DNA from: an archaeon
GTDB taxonomy: Archaea > Halobacteriota > Syntropharchaeia > Alkanophagales > Methanospirareceae
Assembly (NCBI GenBank): GCA_030019325.1
Contig: JASEFB010000019.1
Span: 1-22,617 of the forward strand
Length of the DNA: 22,617 bases
Reading direction: 5' to 3'
This document shows positions 19,901 through 22,617 of the stretch, in pieces. Made by a program: the position numbers and the translations under genes. Below the pieces are notes generated by a model. That model searched no databases and was not told the origin of the DNA. It worked only from the letters and a program-made list of their open reading frames with translations. Position 1 is the first letter of the stretch; each line of letters starts with the position of its first letter.

Positions 19901-22617
19901 AAATGGGAATAGCGGTTATTGGGGGAGGCGTTGCTGGTATCACAGCAGCTCTTGACCTTGCAGATTCTGGGTATAAAGTTTATTTGATAGAGAAGAACGC
20001 GAAACTTGGTGGTAAGGTTGCGGAGCTTGCGGAATGTGAAACAGGTATAGCACCACGGATAGTTAAAATCGAAAACCATCCGAACATTGAACTGATGCTC
20101 TCGAGCGAGGTTGAAGGGTTATCAGGCTCCGCAGGTGATTTCAAGTTGAAGGTGTCAGGGAAGGAGATAGATGTGGAGAGCGTGGTGCTTGCACCGGGAT
20201 ATGATGTTTTTGATACCATAGCAAAGAGCTATGCGATCGGGCACCCAAATGTTGTTACCGCTTTGGAGTTTGAAGGCATGCTCCGGGCTTGTACTGCAAG
20301 TGAGACCGGAGAACTGTTACGACCTTCAGATGGAAAGCCAGTGAAAAGAATAGGATTCATCAAGTGTGTCGGGTCGAGGGGCAAGGAGAATGAAATTTGT
20401 TCGACGGCATGTTGCGCATACACGGCGAAAGAGGCATGGGAAGTGAAAGAGCGATTCCCGGAGATGGAGGTTTACATCTTCTACATGGACATACGCGTAT
20501 TTGGACGAGATGAGGAGCTGGTGGCGAAGTTAAAGGATAAATACGGTGTGAATTATATAAGGTCAAGAGTTCCGGAGGTGATACCTGGGGAAGGGACTCT
20601 AACAGTTAAGTTTGAGGATTTAAAGAAAGGCACGGTTGAACGGTTAGACCTTGATATGGTGGTTCTTGCGGTTGGTCTTCTCCCCTCAAAGACGATAGGA
20701 AGACTTGCAGAAATAATGGGAGTGAAAACTGATACCTATGGCTACATTGAGACGAGCCTAACGAAGCCACTGGAAACGAATGTCCCCGGTATATTAGCCT
20801 GTGGAACGGCAACCGCACCGATGAAAGTTAGGGAAAGTGTTGCGCAGGCGAGCGGTGCCGCATTAAAGGCTTCACAGTTTTCAGCAAGGACAGAGCTGAT
20901 TCCAGGGCAGGAGGAGAGGAAATTTATTGATGTGGCTGATAAGCCGCTGAAGATAGGCGTCTTCATTTGCGGTTGTGAAGGAGAAGTGGCGAATTCGGTG
21001 GATATACCTGTGGTGGCGGAGCGAGTGAAACAACTGAGAAATGTTGTCTCTGTGAATGGAGAGACAAACACAATGAAAGAGGCGATGGAAGCGATAGAGA
21101 GTGGAATAGTAGACCAGGGACTGAACAGGATTGTAGTTGCAGGATACTCGCCGCGAGCATATGAAGATCTCTTCAGGGATGCGTGTGCGAAGGCAGGCTT
21201 AAATCCTTATCTGCTTGAGATGGTGAACTTGAGGGAACAATGTGCGTGGGTGCACGGGAAGGAGGAGGCGACGAATGCCGCAGTTTACCAGATGACCATG
21301 GCGGTAGAGCGAGCACGGTATCTTGAAGAGATCCCGATTGAGAGGTATCCCGTGATACCGAAAGCACTTGTTATTGGTGGTGGTGTGGCAGGGATGAATG
21401 CAGCGCTTGGCATCGCAAATGCGGGATATGAGGTCTATTTAGTGGAGAAAGAACCGGAATTAGGTGGCGGTTTGAGGGAAACCACTGAGTTACAGAGTGG
21501 AGAGAAAGCTTCTGACGTTTTAAGAGAGTATGTTGATAAAATAGGCAGTAATGAGAAGATAAGAGTGTATACAGGTGCAACGGTAGAGGATGTTAGGGGA
21601 AGAGCTGGTTCGTTTAGAGCGCGGATGAAGGGGGAAGACGTAGATGAAGAGATAGACTTCGGAGCTGCGGTGCTCGCAACCGGTGCGAGGGAATTTGTAC
21701 CTGAAGGATGGTATGGATATGGACAGGATAAGAAGGTGGTAACGCAATCTGATTTTGAGAAGATGCTTGCGGGGGGGCATATGGATGCTACCACAATCGT
21801 TATGGTTCAAGATGGGATACCGGGCCATAGGTCAAAGTACAGCAGTATCCAAGTGGTGAGTAATGCATTAAAAGCGAAGGAGCTTAAACCCGATTTGAAT
21901 GTATTCGTGCTTTACCAAGAGATAAAAACGTACGGTAAGTGGGAAGTGTTATACAAAGAGGCGCGAGAAAAAGGCGTGATATTCCTCAGATACGATGAGT
22001 GGAGACCACCAGAATTTAAGGATGGAATTATATCGGTCCATGATGTTATATTCAACGATGAGATACAGATAAAGCCCGATTTGGTGGTGCTCAGTCCCGC
22101 AATGCTGCCTGCAGAAGAGAACGAGCAATTAAGCAAGATGTTCATGATTCCGCTTAAAAACGGGTTCTTCTTAGAGGAGCAGGAGCGACCAAAGCTGGTA
22201 TTAACGCCGGTTGATACGGTGAACGAAGGGGTTTTCATCTGTGGTTCTGCGGTTTATCCCGCAATGATAGATGATGCCATTGCAATGAGTAGTGCAGCAG
22301 CCTCGAGGGCATGCGTGTTGTTAGCAAAGAATTTCCTCGAGACGCCTGGTATCGTTTCCGTAGTTGACGAGGCTATATGTTCAGGGTGCGGTGTGTGTGT
22401 GGAATTATGCCCAGTTGAGGCGATAGAGCTGGTGGAGGAGCCGATATCTGCGGTTACTTTCGGTGTGATGACCGTGATAAGTGGTAAGAAGAGGATTGCG
22501 AGGGTCGTCGAGGGCTGTATAGGCTGCGGAAGTTGCGCTTCCTATTGCCCATCAGGAGCGATGTCGTTACAGAATTTCAAGGACCGACAGTTGTTTGCTC
22601 AGTTGGATTATGCGTAG
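19897..22617 (+). CDS. hdrA: Tandem HdrA-HdrA fusion flavo-iron-sulfur protein (compact QmoA-like HdrA module + N-domain/FAD/C-terminal-ferredoxin HdrA module)
   Basis: 906 aa, complete (the TAG is at the last three bases of the window). The start overlaps the hdrB stop. There are two GxGxxG folds (VIGGGVAGITAA at aa 7-18, VIGGGVAGMNAA at aa 492-503). The HdrA Cys block occurs only in the first half (FIKCVGSRGKENEICSTACCAY). An HdrA N-domain-like segment is at aa ~352-470. The C-terminus has CSGCGVCVELCP and CIGCGSCASYCP. Confidence 0.85.
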   Translation: MKMGIAVIGGGVAGITAALDLADSGYKVYLIEKNAKLGGKVAELAECETGIAPRIVKIENHPNIELMLSSEVEGLSGSAGDFKLKVSGKEIDVESVVLAPGYDVFDTIAKSYAIGHPNVVTALEFEGMLRACTASETGELLRPSDGKPVKRIGFIKCVGSRGKENEICSTACCAYTAKEAWEVKERFPEMEVYIFYMDIRVFGRDEELVAKLKDKYGVNYIRSRVPEVIPGEGTLTVKFEDLKKGTVERLDLDMVVLAVGLLPSKTIGRLAEIMGVKTDTYGYIETSLTKPLETNVPGILACGTATAPMKVRESVAQASGAALKASQFSARTELIPGQEERKFIDVADKPLKIGVFICGCEGEVANSVDIPVVAERVKQLRNVVSVNGETNTMKEAMEAIESGIVDQGLNRIVVAGYSPRAYEDLFRDACAKAGLNPYLLEMVNLREQCAWVHGKEEATNAAVYQMTMAVERARYLEEIPIERYPVIPKALVIGGGVAGMNAALGIANAGYEVYLVEKEPELGGGLRETTELQSGEKASDVLREYVDKIGSNEKIRVYTGATVEDVRGRAGSFRARMKGEDVDEEIDFGAAVLATGAREFVPEGWYGYGQDKKVVTQSDFEKMLAGGHMDATTIVMVQDGIPGHRSKYSSIQVVSNALKAKELKPDLNVFVLYQEIKTYGKWEVLYKEAREKGVIFLRYDEWRPPEFKDGIISVHDVIFNDEIQIKPDLVVLSPAMLPAEENEQLSKMFMIPLKNGFFLEEQERPKLVLTPVDTVNEGVFICGSAVYPAMIDDAIAMSSAAASRACVLLAKNFLETPGIVSVVDEAICSGCGVCVELCPVEAIELVEEPISAVTFGVMTVISGKKRIARVVEGCIGCGSCASYCPSGAMSLQNFKDRQLFAQLDYA

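Noticed and set aside
1-22617. I scanned for CRISPR arrays, transposase or integrase genes, terminal inverted repeats, tRNA/rRNA genes and defence-system-like genes.
   Set aside because: I found no regularly spaced direct repeats, recombinase motifs or cloverleaf-type sequences. All large ORFs are accounted for by redox, export or maturation functions.

Overview
This is an archaeal-looking chromosomal segment. It has TTTATATA-type TATA boxes upstream of short leaders, GGAGG-type ribosome-binding sites, oligo-T terminators and Mvh/Hdr genes. I can support 19 protein genes. I see no rRNA or tRNA genes, CRISPR arrays or mobile elements.

The left third (145-8736) is an extracytoplasmic redox and export module. 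It holds a TlpA-like thioredoxin fused to CcdA, and a small helical hypothetical protein. It also holds a Tat-exported FdnG-type molybdopterin oxidoreductase with Cys at the Sec position, plus a four-cluster Fe-S subunit and an eight-helix DmsC-like anchor. These are followed directly by tatA and two head-to-head tatC paralogs.

The middle (8825-11061, minus strand) is a [NiFe]-hydrogenase maturation endopeptidase translationally coupled to a B12-binding radical SAM protein.

The right half is two consecutive plus-strand operons, each opened by an mvhD paralog. The first is mvhD-mvhG-mvhA-hdrA (11453-16705). The second is mvhD-(FrhB/FdhB-like Fe-S protein)-hdrC-hdrB plus a 906-aa tandem HdrA-HdrA fusion (16923-22617).

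The most unusual items are:
- the asymmetric fused double HdrA;
- the split of Mvh/Hdr parts between the two operons, with an FrhB-like subunit in the second;
- the FdnG-type enzyme wired to DmsB/DmsC-type partners next to its own Tat genes;
- a repeat extension on MvhA;
- a 29-residue insertion inside a cluster motif of HdrA;
- several palindromes and recurring motifs in the three promoter regions.

All functional calls come from motif recognition by eye. No searches were run.
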